From IMG/VR virus record IMGVR_UViG_3300021387_001774, positions 160,001-224,000 of that record: a stretch of 64,000 nucleotides of DNA; one strand, 5' to 3'. Position numbers and translations under genes: made by a program. The stretch's first letter is position 1. Every line of letters starts with the position of its first letter. Below the pieces are notes generated by a model that made no database searches, had not been told where the DNA came from, and saw only the letters and a program-made list of their open reading frames with translations. This DNA comes from a virus. Its lineage: Duplodnaviria > Caudoviricetes. Below are positions 20,701-31,351 of this stretch, piece after piece.

Positions 20701-21565
20701 GAAGTGTTAACATATCTTCGGTAAGTTCCATTTCGTTAACTTTTTCGAGATATCCATTAACGAACAAAACTATTTTATCAAGAGATATTTCTTTTCTACT
20801 ACTTTTATTATATTGGAATTTTGAATCAGAAAGATCTATTACATATTCATTTTCTGTTGGACTAAATCTATCATAAAAAAGTTCAGATCCAGCTTGACGA
20901 TAATCAATATTGATTACATCATCAATCATTGATTTTTTATCATGAATACTTCCACCCAAATATTTCTCTGGAATAAATACATCAGTAAATGATTTATTAG
21001 CATAAACAAATATTTCGTTATCTGGAATTTTTTTACCATTTATATAGAGAAATAATGAGTCAAGTTCATATATCTGAAGCTTATCGTTTCTTTGTAAAGG
21101 AAATGAATTATATGTATTCTCTATAAGAGATTTCTCTTCTTTAAAAGAATAAACTTCTTTATTTCCTTCTATTCTAGGTGTATTTAACTCATAAATAGAT
21201 TCAACGTTAGTTTTATCTATATATGTATCCTTAATATGTGCAGAATTACGAAAATTTAAAACTGCATTAGTTTTAAATTTAAAATAAGGAATTGGAGTAG
21301 AAATTACACCTGTATTGTCAGTATTTCTTTCGGTATCTGTAAAAAAATTAGACATATCGATAAATAGTCCATCATTTAAGATACCTTTATTTTTATTGAA
21401 TAAGTCTAACTGGGATTGAAAATCATTTCTTGTTTCTCCAGTTTTTATGTATTCTTGTCTTATATCATATGTATTATTTGCATCTGATACTCTCGTCATT
21501 GCTTGATATGAAGGATCATTGTTTCGGAGTAAGATGTAGTTATTTTCATCTAAAATTACACTCAT
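17753..21565 (-). CDS. large probable virion structural protein
   Basis: About 1270 aa with repeated (L/F)Y(I/V)NG.K motifs; start moved to 21565 (GGAG SD, promoter motif at 21592-21603). Confidence 0.75.
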   Translation of the reverse strand: MSVILDENNYILLRNNDPSYQAMTRVSDANNTYDIRQEYIKTGETRNDFQSQLDLFNKNKGILNDGLFIDMSNFFTDTERNTDNTGVISTPIPYFKFKTNAVLNFRNSAHIKDTYIDKTNVESIYELNTPRIEGNKEVYSFKEEKSLIENTYNSFPLQRNDKLQIYELDSLFLYINGKKIPDNEIFVYANKSFTDVFIPEKYLGGSIHDKKSMIDDVINIDYRQAGSELFYDRFSPTENEYVIDLSDSKFQYNKSSRKEISLDKIVLFVNGYLEKVNEMELTEDMLTLQLPTSCIGSDVELYILGDIVHRHKFDESVMNNNGSRVHFYLNDNYFVDIIGGPITKSAVSFFYDGKRIDDTKITQTSRYSFEYTVDTEKYVKVTHRVGVPPAQNKIYYTKNLNNEYVRLGHLNAFEENVIYYTKEVAESFDETKIDFFIEDIGFKVDELGFKTYGDDYYLLNMLGVKRCVDKMKGSLSYSVFDNPLYNISFKDVLSKNGELFDVEKAIKKYDNLAFNTSSPSERAKMLISERPSLLRRLLEQFSNKSKRFIVMGNTQDINVSSISKITDPEQNVYYKIYLNHEILDSKYVTIVRENDFDYITISKDALLPLVENDEGTGYKSGINIVEMFQFDLSYKEKTIYRENINNGFTQEINRQGEYVYKKTYNIDDLPFEKGLVSDDICAIEKVAKDWYDSRNEEFYYIYPGPEKYGWRMVKHFRVVSKTETELSIEIQLHEYDARRTNGNFYLLAKQYNVSESIRFDNTDGSYMEENDLLIPIYNSYTAYKTNELGERVVDFVDDYIPYINNSEPIITKNKKELIFGKDYTFMNPEKNPQLSTSYVIFKNQTAHNDEIVVQFNSNKTNILIVGYDDLEIDNRFGLVYLSELPYPVSTEYMNIYVNGLKMSEYDVDILSDKLIRVHNITRPIRSILITTNSIYKDIELKEYIDLYEPSPFEKLLESIFWNCDPSKHVDGNKPNIDYVYKVDPYYSDFVGDLGKDYDNPYYKEYVDYIKEHGYEYDKTSSYELSIPAPDSSLDDIELRYEAWEKARNFFNIYRDNHGFVIDVDSVKQAENPLAEEETNTYLTDTLEIMYLNWLAKSGKTRTYGFKGQDIDPQVLNYFSVFENVIIGNRIDIVVDSGRFYDGLKPDVNNPPYEVDWDTEKIKIVYPAMNFGERRRMLFEMLIQILEKRNSEEDIKQFDEETRLDNTVIEMCNNRLSNILYPEDFPLAPDRNGVMWTGSDVDVCNYTTPDSENPDLQAAILAEQAIRSRNN

Positions 21566-21591
21566 AATTGCTCCATATATAGATAAAAGTA

Positions 21592-21603
21592 TATAGTTTT
21601 GTC
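21592..21603 (-). promoter_or_regulatory. late-type promoter NACA-N6-TA (representative copy)
   Basis: GACA-AAACTA-TA. Same pattern at 31815(+), 34811-34822(-), 35505-35516(-), 38953-38964(-), 39460(+), 41686(+), 43125(+), 45266-45277(-), 47933(+), 52770-52781(-), 59956(+). Confidence 0.7.
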
Positions 21604-21656
21604 GATAAAGCAAAAAATATAGAAACTGTGGATTTACCACAGTTTCTATTATTTGT

Positions 21657-23138
21657 TTAGTATGATATAAAGAAATCTCTGAATGAATTGCTCTTGTTTA
21701 TCAATAATTCATTAGAAATACTAGTAGGACTATTTATTCTTTCTCTAATATCCTTAATAACATCGAAATTTATTTCATTGAATCCATTAGAATAAAGTTT
21801 TTCATATACATAATTAGAAATTATATTTGTTATTTCAATAAACTGTTTAATAATTTTAATAATTAATGAATATACTTTATTAATAAAGAATTCTGTGTCA
21901 TTTATTAATGTATCAGCATTTTCACCGTATTTATCAATAAATGATTTTAATAATTCTGTTGTAGAAGGTCTTTCTTTTATATAACTTATAGTTTCTTTTA
22001 TAGAATAAATAAATTCACCCTTATTTATAAAACGTAATGAATCAAGATATTGTTGAATCTTATATCTAATTTCATCATAAACACAAGTGATTAATCTGTT
22101 ATCTTTTAGTCCGTTTGTCAAATACTTGTCAAGATAATTATCAATAGCTACACATAAATCGCCATGATCAGAATTTATGAGTTCATTATATTTATAAAGT
22201 CTATCAACATCAATAAATGTATCAATATTCTTATATTCTGAAACTCTACTCATTTCACGAATGATATCAAATATATAGTTGAATTTATCCAAAACTTGAT
22301 TATATTTTGTATAAGATTCATCTATTGTGTCATCAAGTAATAAACTTGGATTCTTAAAAATAGATACTTTTCCTTCACACGCATCGATGGTATATTTAGT
22401 AATTTTATGAGAATATTTCATTAATGATATAGCATTTGAAAAATGGAATCCACATACTGCGGAATATGTTTCTCTAACACAATTATTCTTTTTATCAATC
22501 ATTAAACTTTCATATTTATTTAAGAAAATTGTTTTTATAATTTTTGTTAGCCTTAAAAGTACAAGATATTTTTCAAAGAATTTATTTAATCTTATTCTTA
22601 TATCATGTAATGTCGTTTTAATACATTCTGTATTTTCTTTAAAAATTTCAATAATTAAATATTTATCAGTCTTAGAAATGTATTTATAAATACTTGGTAA
22701 TAAATTTCTAATTTCTTTGTGTTCTTGTTGAATAAAACGGTTGAATGCAATATTGAATGAATCTTCCAAAGGATTTTCTCTATAAAAATCAATATTATAT
22801 CCTTGTATTTTATTAAGTGTATTTGTAACTATTGGATAAAGATATTGATCTCTAAATATTTTCCATAAACGTTTAGAAATAGTTTTATACATTTTATGAT
22901 AAATAGTATTATCATAATATTTAATATAATATTTATATCCATTATTATCGACAAATTCTTCATCGGAATCAATTAAAAATGAACTATGAATTTTAAAACG
23001 AAGCATTCGTTTAAATATTTCAAATTTAGATATAACTGGCTCGAACCGAGTTTTCTCTAAATATTTTTCCAATTCTACGGTATTACAAATCTTTTCAAAT
23101 ACATATTTAGTTTCATCAAAACCATTTATGTTTTCCAT
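21657..23138 (-). CDS. hypothetical protein (very AT-rich, I/K/N/Y-rich)
   Basis: 493 aa, GGAGG SD, terminator at ~21620-21648. Confidence 0.75.
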   Translation of the reverse strand: MENINGFDETKYVFEKICNTVELEKYLEKTRFEPVISKFEIFKRMLRFKIHSSFLIDSDEEFVDNNGYKYYIKYYDNTIYHKMYKTISKRLWKIFRDQYLYPIVTNTLNKIQGYNIDFYRENPLEDSFNIAFNRFIQQEHKEIRNLLPSIYKYISKTDKYLIIEIFKENTECIKTTLHDIRIRLNKFFEKYLVLLRLTKIIKTIFLNKYESLMIDKKNNCVRETYSAVCGFHFSNAISLMKYSHKITKYTIDACEGKVSIFKNPSLLLDDTIDESYTKYNQVLDKFNYIFDIIREMSRVSEYKNIDTFIDVDRLYKYNELINSDHGDLCVAIDNYLDKYLTNGLKDNRLITCVYDEIRYKIQQYLDSLRFINKGEFIYSIKETISYIKERPSTTELLKSFIDKYGENADTLINDTEFFINKVYSLIIKIIKQFIEITNIISNYVYEKLYSNGFNEINFDVIKDIRERINSPTSISNELLINKSNSFRDFFISY

Positions 23139-23139
23139 G

Positions 23140-24348
23140 TTATTTTACCTCCAAAGTTGTGATGTTAATTCCTTCATCCATATAGAAAATATATAATGGA
23201 TCATATCTTATGATATCTCTAAAGTGCCTACTAATATTATAATTATAAAATCTAGAGATTTGATCATTGATTTGATTATGATATTCTTCTAATGAATTCA
23301 ACAAATCGCTGTTTATTATTAAATCATAGAATTGTGTTTTATTTATTTCAAAATCTTGCGTATGTGATGGATTTAATTTTGTCATTTTATCTGAAAGAAG
23401 TTTTAACATAAGTTTATTATTAGAGATAGTTTTCATTAGAGAATTATCAAATATATAATTTACAGCAACTTTATGGTTTTCTATTGTATCGAAATTATTC
23501 TTTATAGAATTTAATTTGTTTAAAACCGCAGTAATTTCTTTATTATTATAATTCAATATTTTCGAATTTGAAACTATTGACATTTCACAATCTTTTACGA
23601 TATCCTTTAATATATCATATCTATTATAATTATCTATAATGCAATATACTGCTGCAATTAAAATATTTATCATAACTTCTTTAAAAATTATTTTCAAGAA
23701 ATTATTATTATATTCATTCATATCTAAACAATCGTAATGCTTAACATGATTAAGCATATTATTCTCTACAAATACATCAGATAACGTAAATACTTTAAAT
23801 TTATCAAACATGAATGAACCATGAAATTTTATTTTAGAATTACATTCTTTAAAACAACCATATAAAGAATATTTCATTAAATTATAATAATTTTTAGAAC
23901 GTAAATAAGAAATCAACCCAGTAATAATAGGATCTATTAAACTAGCAAGATCTATATGATTAGTTACATTTTCCTTAACAAATTTTTTATTTACTTCGAG
24001 ATAATCAACAATAAAATCATTATAAACAGAATCACAAAATTTCATATCAGAAAATAAATATTTAGACATCACATTAGTGATTATTAATAAATGAGCACGA
24101 ATAAATTTATCATATTCTACAGTATATTCTTTATTTTTCTTTTTAATAAGTGAATCGTAGTCACATATTCTATCAAAATCTAGCATACGTTTATATTCAT
24201 CTTTTTCATAGGGATTACAAAACCTTTTAGTATTTTTAATGTATTTATTTCTAGATTTTTTCATATTTGTATAAATTACATGCAACAAAAACTCTCTACT
24301 ATATTCATCAGATTTAAAAAAAGTTTTTAGATATTCTACTTCGTCCAT
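23140..24348 (-). CDS. hypothetical protein (very AT-rich)
   Basis: Start moved to 24348 after the AGGAGG SD. Confidence 0.75.
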   Translation of the reverse strand: MDEVEYLKTFFKSDEYSREFLLHVIYTNMKKSRNKYIKNTKRFCNPYEKDEYKRMLDFDRICDYDSLIKKKNKEYTVEYDKFIRAHLLIITNVMSKYLFSDMKFCDSVYNDFIVDYLEVNKKFVKENVTNHIDLASLIDPIITGLISYLRSKNYYNLMKYSLYGCFKECNSKIKFHGSFMFDKFKVFTLSDVFVENNMLNHVKHYDCLDMNEYNNNFLKIIFKEVMINILIAAVYCIIDNYNRYDILKDIVKDCEMSIVSNSKILNYNNKEITAVLNKLNSIKNNFDTIENHKVAVNYIFDNSLMKTISNNKLMLKLLSDKMTKLNPSHTQDFEINKTQFYDLIINSDLLNSLEEYHNQINDQISRFYNYNISRHFRDIIRYDPLYIFYMDEGINITTLEVK

Positions 24349-24408
24349 AGTATTCCTCCTCTTAAGATTAAAATAGTCCATGTGTTTATAAACACATGGA
24401 CTTTGTTT

Positions 24409-25113
24409 TTAAAGAACGATGTCCATTAAGTTAAAACTTGCTAGTTTTGAGTTCTTACCAAAATACTTATTTGCTGCAGAAAGAACATCGGCTTTCATAG
24501 CACGAATTCTCTTACATACAAGTTTTCCATATTCTGGTGAGAGCTTATCGTTTTCTACATAAGATTTTCCATTCTCTTCAGTAGGCATAATATCTTCTGT
24601 CCAAACAGAACTATTTGTACCAGAATAGATATCAAGCATAGCTTTAAGAGAAATCTTTTCAAATCTCTCATCTTTCTGTGCTTCAAGTCTATATGTATAC
24701 TGAATAAAATTAATTATATCATCACACTTTCTAATAAACGATTTAATATTGCGAAGCATAGTATCAATTGTCATATTATCAAGCAAAGAATAAACGTATT
24801 CCTTATCGTATTCACATGAAAACATTTCTCTGAATTCGTCAATCATCATCCCATAAATTTCAACAAGTGGTTTACTTTCGATATCAATCTTTCTGAACTG
24901 TGCATACTTAATAATACAATCATAAAGTTCATTAGCTGTAGTAGAAATTTCATAACGCATCAAAGAACAAATTTCTTTAATACCATTATTAGTATATGCT
25001 GCCTTTTTAATCTTTGCTGAGAGATCGCGTCCACACATAGTCATAGATTTACCATAACTATACTTCACATCTTCATACAGATTTTTAAGAAAGAACTTAT
25101 CTGCGAAATCCAT
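24409..25113 (-). CDS. hypothetical protein
   Basis: 234 aa, coupled to the RNAP beta-prime gene; palindromic terminator at 24375-24402. Confidence 0.8.
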   Translation of the reverse strand: MDFADKFFLKNLYEDVKYSYGKSMTMCGRDLSAKIKKAAYTNNGIKEICSLMRYEISTTANELYDCIIKYAQFRKIDIESKPLVEIYGMMIDEFREMFSCEYDKEYVYSLLDNMTIDTMLRNIKSFIRKCDDIINFIQYTYRLEAQKDERFEKISLKAMLDIYSGTNSSVWTEDIMPTEENGKSYVENDKLSPEYGKLVCKRIRAMKADVLSAANKYFGKNSKLASFNLMDIVL

Positions 25114-26600
25114 TATTCTTTATCTCCTTTGATTTCATTACTCTCGTCTGGCACAAATGCAAACAAGAACATCATCAGATCTTTTGGTAATCCGAAGTCT
25201 GAGTTATAGACTTTATATCCAGAAGTTTTATTAACTATAAGACTTCTAGGATTAAATCCACGATTAAATGCGTCTGCGACACATTTTTCTTTAATACTAT
25301 AGACACTCAATGTATCACCATCAAAGTCAGCATTCCATGCAATAAGAGATGTCAATGGAACCTCCATATGATATTCTCTTGCATTTGGTAATACATCTAC
25401 GACTCTAAGCATCTGTAAAGAACCGAGATCCATCGTCGGTGGTCTATTTACTAAACAATACATTCCGTCTTTATGATTCTCTATCAACCATTTCATAACA
25501 GAATAGATTGCAGGATGTACTCTATTAGAATACTTTTCTACATCTAACCACTCTGCTATTTCGTATAGAGTTTTATCAACAAAGTAATTTGTTGCAACTC
25601 CACGTTTCAAACAATTCATTATTTCATAAATATATAATTCTAAGAAAGCTTTATACGAAATTACTAATCCATCAATATTAAAATTACTTGAAGTCAAAGC
25701 TGTAATAACCATACGTGATGACCAAGAAACTTTAGTTCCTTGAATCTTGCGCCTAGGTAATTTCTTTTTACCATCAAGTTTTTGAAGTATCAAACAATAA
25801 AGTTTAAACAATTCTGACTGAATAGTAAACAAATATTTATTAATATTCATATACTGATCTGTAATTTCTGCTTTCGCTATAAGTGATGCATTATTAATAA
25901 TAATTGAATAAGCTGTATTTATTCCATCGAATCTAAATTTCTTTTCAACAGAGTTTACGAATGCTGGTCTTAGTTCCTGTGCTAATACATTTATCTTAGA
26001 AGTCCATATTCTATTCTTGTATTTAATCAAGAACTCTGCATCTTCCATTTTACGTTTTTGCTTACCATAGAATCTAATTATTTCATCAAACCTTTTATAG
26101 AATTCAGTCATGCCTATTTTCATAAAAGGATGTTTCTTATTCACTTCCGACGATCCAATAACAATATTTCCTTGTAAGTCAATATTATCATTAAAATCAA
26201 TGATATCGTTAAGATTTGATTCACCAATTAAATCTTTAATCTTAGCAAATGCTGCTGGTTGAAGTATCTTATGTGAACCGAGAGTTATCCAACCATTTCT
26301 ATTAAATGATACAGCATAATTATTTTTTACTATCTGATGACATATAGGACATTCCATCCCTTCATATACTCTACCTACAAGATAACGACATGAAGTAGAA
26401 CAAGAATATTCACTTACATCAATATCATCTTCAATAAGACTTCCAATTTTACTAGAATAAATTCCACCTTCTTGAGGAACGATCTTTTTCTTTGTGTACT
26501 TTACACCCTCTTTATTAAAGAGGTTTACTGCTTCTCCTTTTAATACCTGATCATAATGTATTAGTTCTTGATTTTGATAACGTAAAATCTTTGTTCCCAT
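25113..26600 (-). CDS. split multisubunit RNA polymerase beta-prime subunit, N-terminal/catalytic part (probably non-virion RNAP)
   Basis: Zn ribbon (CSTSC...CPIC), LRP, SSRMVI, NRPPT and catalytic NADFDGD. Confidence 0.93.
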   Translation of the reverse strand: MGTKILRYQNQELIHYDQVLKGEAVNLFNKEGVKYTKKKIVPQEGGIYSSKIGSLIEDDIDVSEYSCSTSCRYLVGRVYEGMECPICHQIVKNNYAVSFNRNGWITLGSHKILQPAAFAKIKDLIGESNLNDIIDFNDNIDLQGNIVIGSSEVNKKHPFMKIGMTEFYKRFDEIIRFYGKQKRKMEDAEFLIKYKNRIWTSKINVLAQELRPAFVNSVEKKFRFDGINTAYSIIINNASLIAKAEITDQYMNINKYLFTIQSELFKLYCLILQKLDGKKKLPRRKIQGTKVSWSSRMVITALTSSNFNIDGLVISYKAFLELYIYEIMNCLKRGVATNYFVDKTLYEIAEWLDVEKYSNRVHPAIYSVMKWLIENHKDGMYCLVNRPPTMDLGSLQMLRVVDVLPNAREYHMEVPLTSLIAWNADFDGDTLSVYSIKEKCVADAFNRGFNPRSLIVNKTSGYKVYNSDFGLPKDLMMFLFAFVPDESNEIKGDKE

Positions 26601-26678
26601 ACTGGCTGATCTCCTAAAGAAAAATTAAAAAAGTAAATGCTATTTTACTAGCATTTACTTTTATCTCTCTACATATTA

Positions 26679-27611
26679 TTAGAAGTTATTGAAACGTGAT
26701 CCATTGTTCCAACCATCATATCCCTGACCATAATAACCATCGTTAAAACGACTAATGTTACCACGAGACATACCAGTGATATCCTGCATAGCATCGATAA
26801 TTGTACTGAATGAATTTGACTGATTATTTCTCATTCCGTTATTAGAACGAATTGCTTTATTAAATGTATTATTACTAAAATCTGCAACACGAATACAACC
26901 TGTTACAAGATCATATCCTTGCTGAAGTTTTGGATCTGTACTTACAAACTTTCTCACAAGACCACCAAACATTTTCATTGGGAGAATTGATGAGAATCTT
27001 TCCATTACACTATATCTATCATCTGTCATTTTATCGACAAGATATGGAGAGATAGTGCTTGCTATTGTAACAAACATATCTCTCTTAGATGTATCATCAA
27101 CAATAACTTGCTGCTGTCCATTTGCTTGTCTACTGATATTTGAGAAATAATTTCTAAGTACTGTATGAGTTGATGGATATGCTTGGATTACGTTTACTAC
27201 ATTTCTGATATCGCCAAATGTAAATGGTGTCTTCTCTTTGATAGTATCTTGGATCTTACAATTCAAAGCTATTGTATCAAAAGCTTGAACTGCTGGCAAA
27301 ATCACAGATGCTCCAAGTCTGAAGACATCACTTTTCTTACATTTGTATGGAGTTGGATCTTTTCTATGCTTTATTGAATCAACAATCAACGGTATTGAAT
27401 TAATCGCAGCCGTTGATATCAATGAGAAAATGTCAGATTTAATCTTATGTTTTCTCTCTCTTTTCATATTTTCCATTTCTACTTCTTCACTTACGTTAAT
27501 TGAATCAGTATCTTCTGCATCATACACTGTAGCTTTGAAATCACCATTATTCTGATAATTATCATTAGCATAAGCTGCACCATCTTCACCAACAAATTCT
27601 TTAATAGCCAT
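26679..27611 (-). CDS. hypothetical protein
   Basis: Start moved to 27611 (AAGGAG SD, MAIKEF); terminator at ~26629-26662. Confidence 0.8.
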   Translation of the reverse strand: MAIKEFVGEDGAAYANDNYQNNGDFKATVYDAEDTDSINVSEEVEMENMKRERKHKIKSDIFSLISTAAINSIPLIVDSIKHRKDPTPYKCKKSDVFRLGASVILPAVQAFDTIALNCKIQDTIKEKTPFTFGDIRNVVNVIQAYPSTHTVLRNYFSNISRQANGQQQVIVDDTSKRDMFVTIASTISPYLVDKMTDDRYSVMERFSSILPMKMFGGLVRKFVSTDPKLQQGYDLVTGCIRVADFSNNTFNKAIRSNNGMRNNQSNSFSTIIDAMQDITGMSRGNISRFNDGYYGQGYDGWNNGSRFNNF

Positions 27612-27660
27612 ATTCTTTGTACTCCTTGTAGAAATAATACGTAATTGAAAAGTTTTTTGT

Positions 27661-28851
27661 TTAAGCGGTCTTCTTTTCTGAAGATACTTTAACAACGGAA
27701 TCCGTCTTAATAGCAGACTTCTTGTTAACACTGTCTACCAAAGCATTACCGTCATACACAGTAACATCTTCCTTCTTTTCAATAATGGCTTCTTCAGGAA
27801 TTTCAAATTCACGATATTCAAAAGTCTTTGTTACGCAACCATTTCCAATAACTGAACCAATTGTAGCACCAAGAGCTGTATCACATATTGTAGAATTAAT
27901 CATGTGGTTAGTAGCAACCTTAGCGATTGTACCATATCCTGCAATAGGATCAACTTCAGCAAAGTCATAACTCTTAGCGAGTTCTTCCTTAAGCTTCTTC
28001 AACTGTTTCTTTTCAGAAATCTTTCTTACTGCCTTAAGACCAAGTTCACCAATACCAGAAAGTACACCAAATGATGTAGCTGCTGCAAGAACCTTATTGT
28101 TACTAATCTTCTCTTCAGCTACCTTGTTGATCAAGAGCTTAACAGCTGCAGGAGCAACAACAGTTGCTACAGTATGCTGTGCAGCAAACTTGAATTTCTC
28201 CTTACGGATCGTTGATCTAATAAGATCAGCTTCGGCAGATGTAATTACATTTGGATCAAACATACTGTTAATCTTCTCATCATTAGTTGAGAAGAACATC
28301 TGACCAAACATATTTGTACCAGCTGCGATAGCTGAACAAGCAATAATACCATTCTTGTTTCCGTACTTCAAAGAAGTTTCCATAGCATCGTTTACAACGA
28401 TCTTAGAAGTATTCTTCAAAGCAAACTTAACTGCTTCAGAAACCTTTGATTTCTTATCGCCAGAAAGATCAATACCTGTACAAGCTTTAACAATCTTGTT
28501 CTTAAATGGCTCATTTGTAAGCATTGTATCAAGTTCTTTACAAGCTGAATCATAAGCTGCTGTTCTAATAGCTGATCTATCAGTTCCAGTTGTACCTTCG
28601 AGACCTACAGGATCTTTTGCTGGTTCAACCGGTTTTGGATTGGTGTGTACAATCTTTCCAACGATTTCTTTGATTCTCATATCGTTATCTTCCTCCTCTG
28701 TGTAGTCCTTTGTTTTTCTAATTGCATTAGAAGCCATAGCTGCGGACAATCTAGCTATGGCCTCACCTTCAAGATTATTTGTGTACTCTTCACCCAATGC
28801 TGCTCTAATGCGTCGTGAAGGATCAAATGCACTTGTGTCGTTGATGGCCAT
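27661..28851 (-). CDS. hypothetical Ala-rich, possibly membrane-associated protein
   Basis: 396 aa, AAAGGAG SD, several Gly/Ala-rich hydrophobic helices. Confidence 0.8.
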   Translation of the reverse strand: MAINDTSAFDPSRRIRAALGEEYTNNLEGEAIARLSAAMASNAIRKTKDYTEEEDNDMRIKEIVGKIVHTNPKPVEPAKDPVGLEGTTGTDRSAIRTAAYDSACKELDTMLTNEPFKNKIVKACTGIDLSGDKKSKVSEAVKFALKNTSKIVVNDAMETSLKYGNKNGIIACSAIAAGTNMFGQMFFSTNDEKINSMFDPNVITSAEADLIRSTIRKEKFKFAAQHTVATVVAPAAVKLLINKVAEEKISNNKVLAAATSFGVLSGIGELGLKAVRKISEKKQLKKLKEELAKSYDFAEVDPIAGYGTIAKVATNHMINSTICDTALGATIGSVIGNGCVTKTFEYREFEIPEEAIIEKKEDVTVYDGNALVDSVNKKSAIKTDSVVKVSSEKKTA

Positions 28852-28865
28852 GTTTTATTTCTCCT

Positions 28866-31304
28866 TTAGTGTTGTACTGGATTATTTTTTGCTGCCAATG
28901 AATCAATGATGTAGTTTGCTGCTTCGAACAAGAATAACTTAAACTTAGAATCTCCAGAAGAAGACTCTCTAAGATATTTCTTGTAGTTAAGCTGGGACTG
29001 CTTATAAAGAATTCTTTCACTATCTTCAGAATTTCTATCCTCAAGCATTGTGAGAGAAACCTTAATAATATCATTAATGCTTTCGCTAGATTCAATCATA
29101 TTCAATGCATATGGCATTACATCAAATATAACTGGTTTATTATGTAAGAATTCTTCGAATCCTCTACTTCTTATAAACTGGAAACGTCCTTCTTTAGTAG
29201 ATATATCATAGTTTGACCACAATGATTTATCGTACTTACGCTGAATAGCTATAGGTGAAAGATATCTTCTATCGATACGTCCAACTTCGAAGTCGAATGT
29301 ACCTTCCATCTTTCTACGAGATGGAGGAAGGATAAACATTCCATCCATAACATTTGGATCGATTTTCTGATTGAGAGCTGGTTCAAGTCCATCTCTTTCA
29401 TCAAGCATTGCTACTACAGCTGGTGAAACCAATCCATCTCTATCATATTCAAACGTAATAGAATAAGGTGTTCCTGGTGCATATGTATTCTTATGCTCTT
29501 TAATTATACATGCTATAATTGTTTCCAAACCATCAAGAATAATTATTGGATTACATTCGTTATACTGCAAAATACTATATTCAACATACCTTTCATTTCT
29601 AGGAATAGCTGGATTCCTTAATCTCATATCATTCTTAATAATTCTTGCTGACAATACGAACTGAATATTGTATTCTTCCTGAGACGGAGGCTGATATTGT
29701 CCCAAATCTCTAAAGATCTGATTACGTCTAATAGCTCGCTTATCATTTACTGTTTTCTTATCAAGTACTATAATACCGATTGTCATGTTAGAAGGTTTAG
29801 ACATAGCTAATGGTGAATTGTCTGGCTTCTTTGAATCCATATCACCTTTTTCAAACATGTCGACATATCTTGGTTCTGTTGTATAAGCTACAACATAATT
29901 ACGATTTAACTTTACCTTATATTTCTGCTTATAATACTTGTATCCAATGAGTTTCTTCAAAGATGAAATAACTGATGTTGGTCTAGCTTTTGCATCATCG
30001 AGATAAAGTACACGTAGTTTAATAGTTCTATTATTAAATCCTTTAAATTGGAATGGAACTTTTCTAGAGATTAACATAGGATTCAATCTATACTGATCAG
30101 TATCATCTGTATCGATACAGATTAATCTTATTCCTGTACTATAATCAATAACTGGTATATAAGATGAATCTTCATTAATAGTAATATAAGAAAATATTTT
30201 ACTCATATCTGCGTATCTATCAGATACCATTACTTCTTTATGAATCTTATAGAAAGCCGATTCAAAGAAGTCTCTATCAGATACACGCTTATCATCAAAT
30301 ATTGAACTTTCTTCTTCATCATTAGTAATATTGAAAATTGTTCTATCGATTCTATATTGCTTGTATTTTTCTGCCTGTGATCTATTGTATTCTTGCTGCT
30401 TACGAATATATTCATCCTGAATAATATTCACATTGTTTGGATCTTTTCCATCATCATTTTCTATATGACTTTCAATCAAATGATTTCTTTTTCTTTCTTC
30501 GATTGCATCTGCGAAAAGACCAGCTGTAAGCACATAAAGATCACGCAATGCTAGTTCATTAGCAAAATCGATAGCTAATGAGAATTTACAATAGTTCATT
30601 ATAAATGTATCTGAGAAATCTTTTCTATTATTATCTTTATCAATAAAGTCACTAATATAATTTACAAGATCATCTTCTTTATATCTTGTATAAATATCTT
30701 TTACTGCATCTTTGAAGCGTTTTACCATATCGCTTCTAAAATTGATATCGAGTTCTGTATCTTCTTCTTTAGTTTTTACTAATGCTTCATCAGGAAGTTC
30801 ATTTTCATTCTTTTCTTCTACAACTTCTTCTTTTGATTCTTCGATCTTTTCTTCATCATTATTTTCTGTTTCTTCTACTGTACCTTCTACTGTACCTTCT
30901 GTTTCTTGTACATGAACTTCTTCTGTTTGTTCAGTTTCAACTGGTTCAGGATCACTTATTTCTGCTATTTTATCAGAATTATATTCTGTAAGCAATTTTG
31001 ATCCTTCTTCATTAATTTTTTCTTCTTCTGTAATTTCTTCAGTAGAATCAAATTTTTCTACTTCTGAAACTGTTTCTTCCGCTTCATCATTAGTTTCCTC
31101 ATCACCTTCAATGAGTTCCTTGATTGTAGCATTTTCCATGCCGTAATCGGTATCATCTTCTACTTCATCAGATGTGTTTTCTTCGTCTAATGGTGTAGAG
31201 TCTATTTCGTAATCATCATCGTCTGATTCGAAAATAGTTTTATCGATTTCGCCAGGTCTAATGTTTCTGTAATCAAGATCATCGTCATCGTACCTTTTAG
31301 CCAT
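28866..31304 (-). CDS. hypothetical protein with ~190-aa acidic N-terminal region
   Basis: 812 aa, AAAGGAG SD. Confidence 0.85.
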   Translation of the reverse strand: MAKRYDDDDLDYRNIRPGEIDKTIFESDDDDYEIDSTPLDEENTSDEVEDDTDYGMENATIKELIEGDEETNDEAEETVSEVEKFDSTEEITEEEKINEEGSKLLTEYNSDKIAEISDPEPVETEQTEEVHVQETEGTVEGTVEETENNDEEKIEESKEEVVEEKNENELPDEALVKTKEEDTELDINFRSDMVKRFKDAVKDIYTRYKEDDLVNYISDFIDKDNNRKDFSDTFIMNYCKFSLAIDFANELALRDLYVLTAGLFADAIEERKRNHLIESHIENDDGKDPNNVNIIQDEYIRKQQEYNRSQAEKYKQYRIDRTIFNITNDEEESSIFDDKRVSDRDFFESAFYKIHKEVMVSDRYADMSKIFSYITINEDSSYIPVIDYSTGIRLICIDTDDTDQYRLNPMLISRKVPFQFKGFNNRTIKLRVLYLDDAKARPTSVISSLKKLIGYKYYKQKYKVKLNRNYVVAYTTEPRYVDMFEKGDMDSKKPDNSPLAMSKPSNMTIGIIVLDKKTVNDKRAIRRNQIFRDLGQYQPPSQEEYNIQFVLSARIIKNDMRLRNPAIPRNERYVEYSILQYNECNPIIILDGLETIIACIIKEHKNTYAPGTPYSITFEYDRDGLVSPAVVAMLDERDGLEPALNQKIDPNVMDGMFILPPSRRKMEGTFDFEVGRIDRRYLSPIAIQRKYDKSLWSNYDISTKEGRFQFIRSRGFEEFLHNKPVIFDVMPYALNMIESSESINDIIKVSLTMLEDRNSEDSERILYKQSQLNYKKYLRESSSGDSKFKLFLFEAANYIIDSLAAKNNPVQH

Positions 31305-31351
31305 TTAGATCTCCTTTCTCACATCGATAAAATATATATTTAAAATATTTT

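Noticed and set aside
3153-26600. Introns or inteins in RNAP, RecA or gyrase genes
   Set aside because: Reading frames are continuous and no splice-junction motifs are apparent.
28866-30150. Possible Mom/GNAT-like or endonuclease-associated domain in the C-terminal half of the 812-aa protein
   Set aside because: Only a vague pattern resemblance; needs a profile search.
30876-30901. 12-bp tandem repeat TACTGTACCTTC
   Set aside because: Only two copies, encoding EGTV-EGTV in a low-complexity acidic region.
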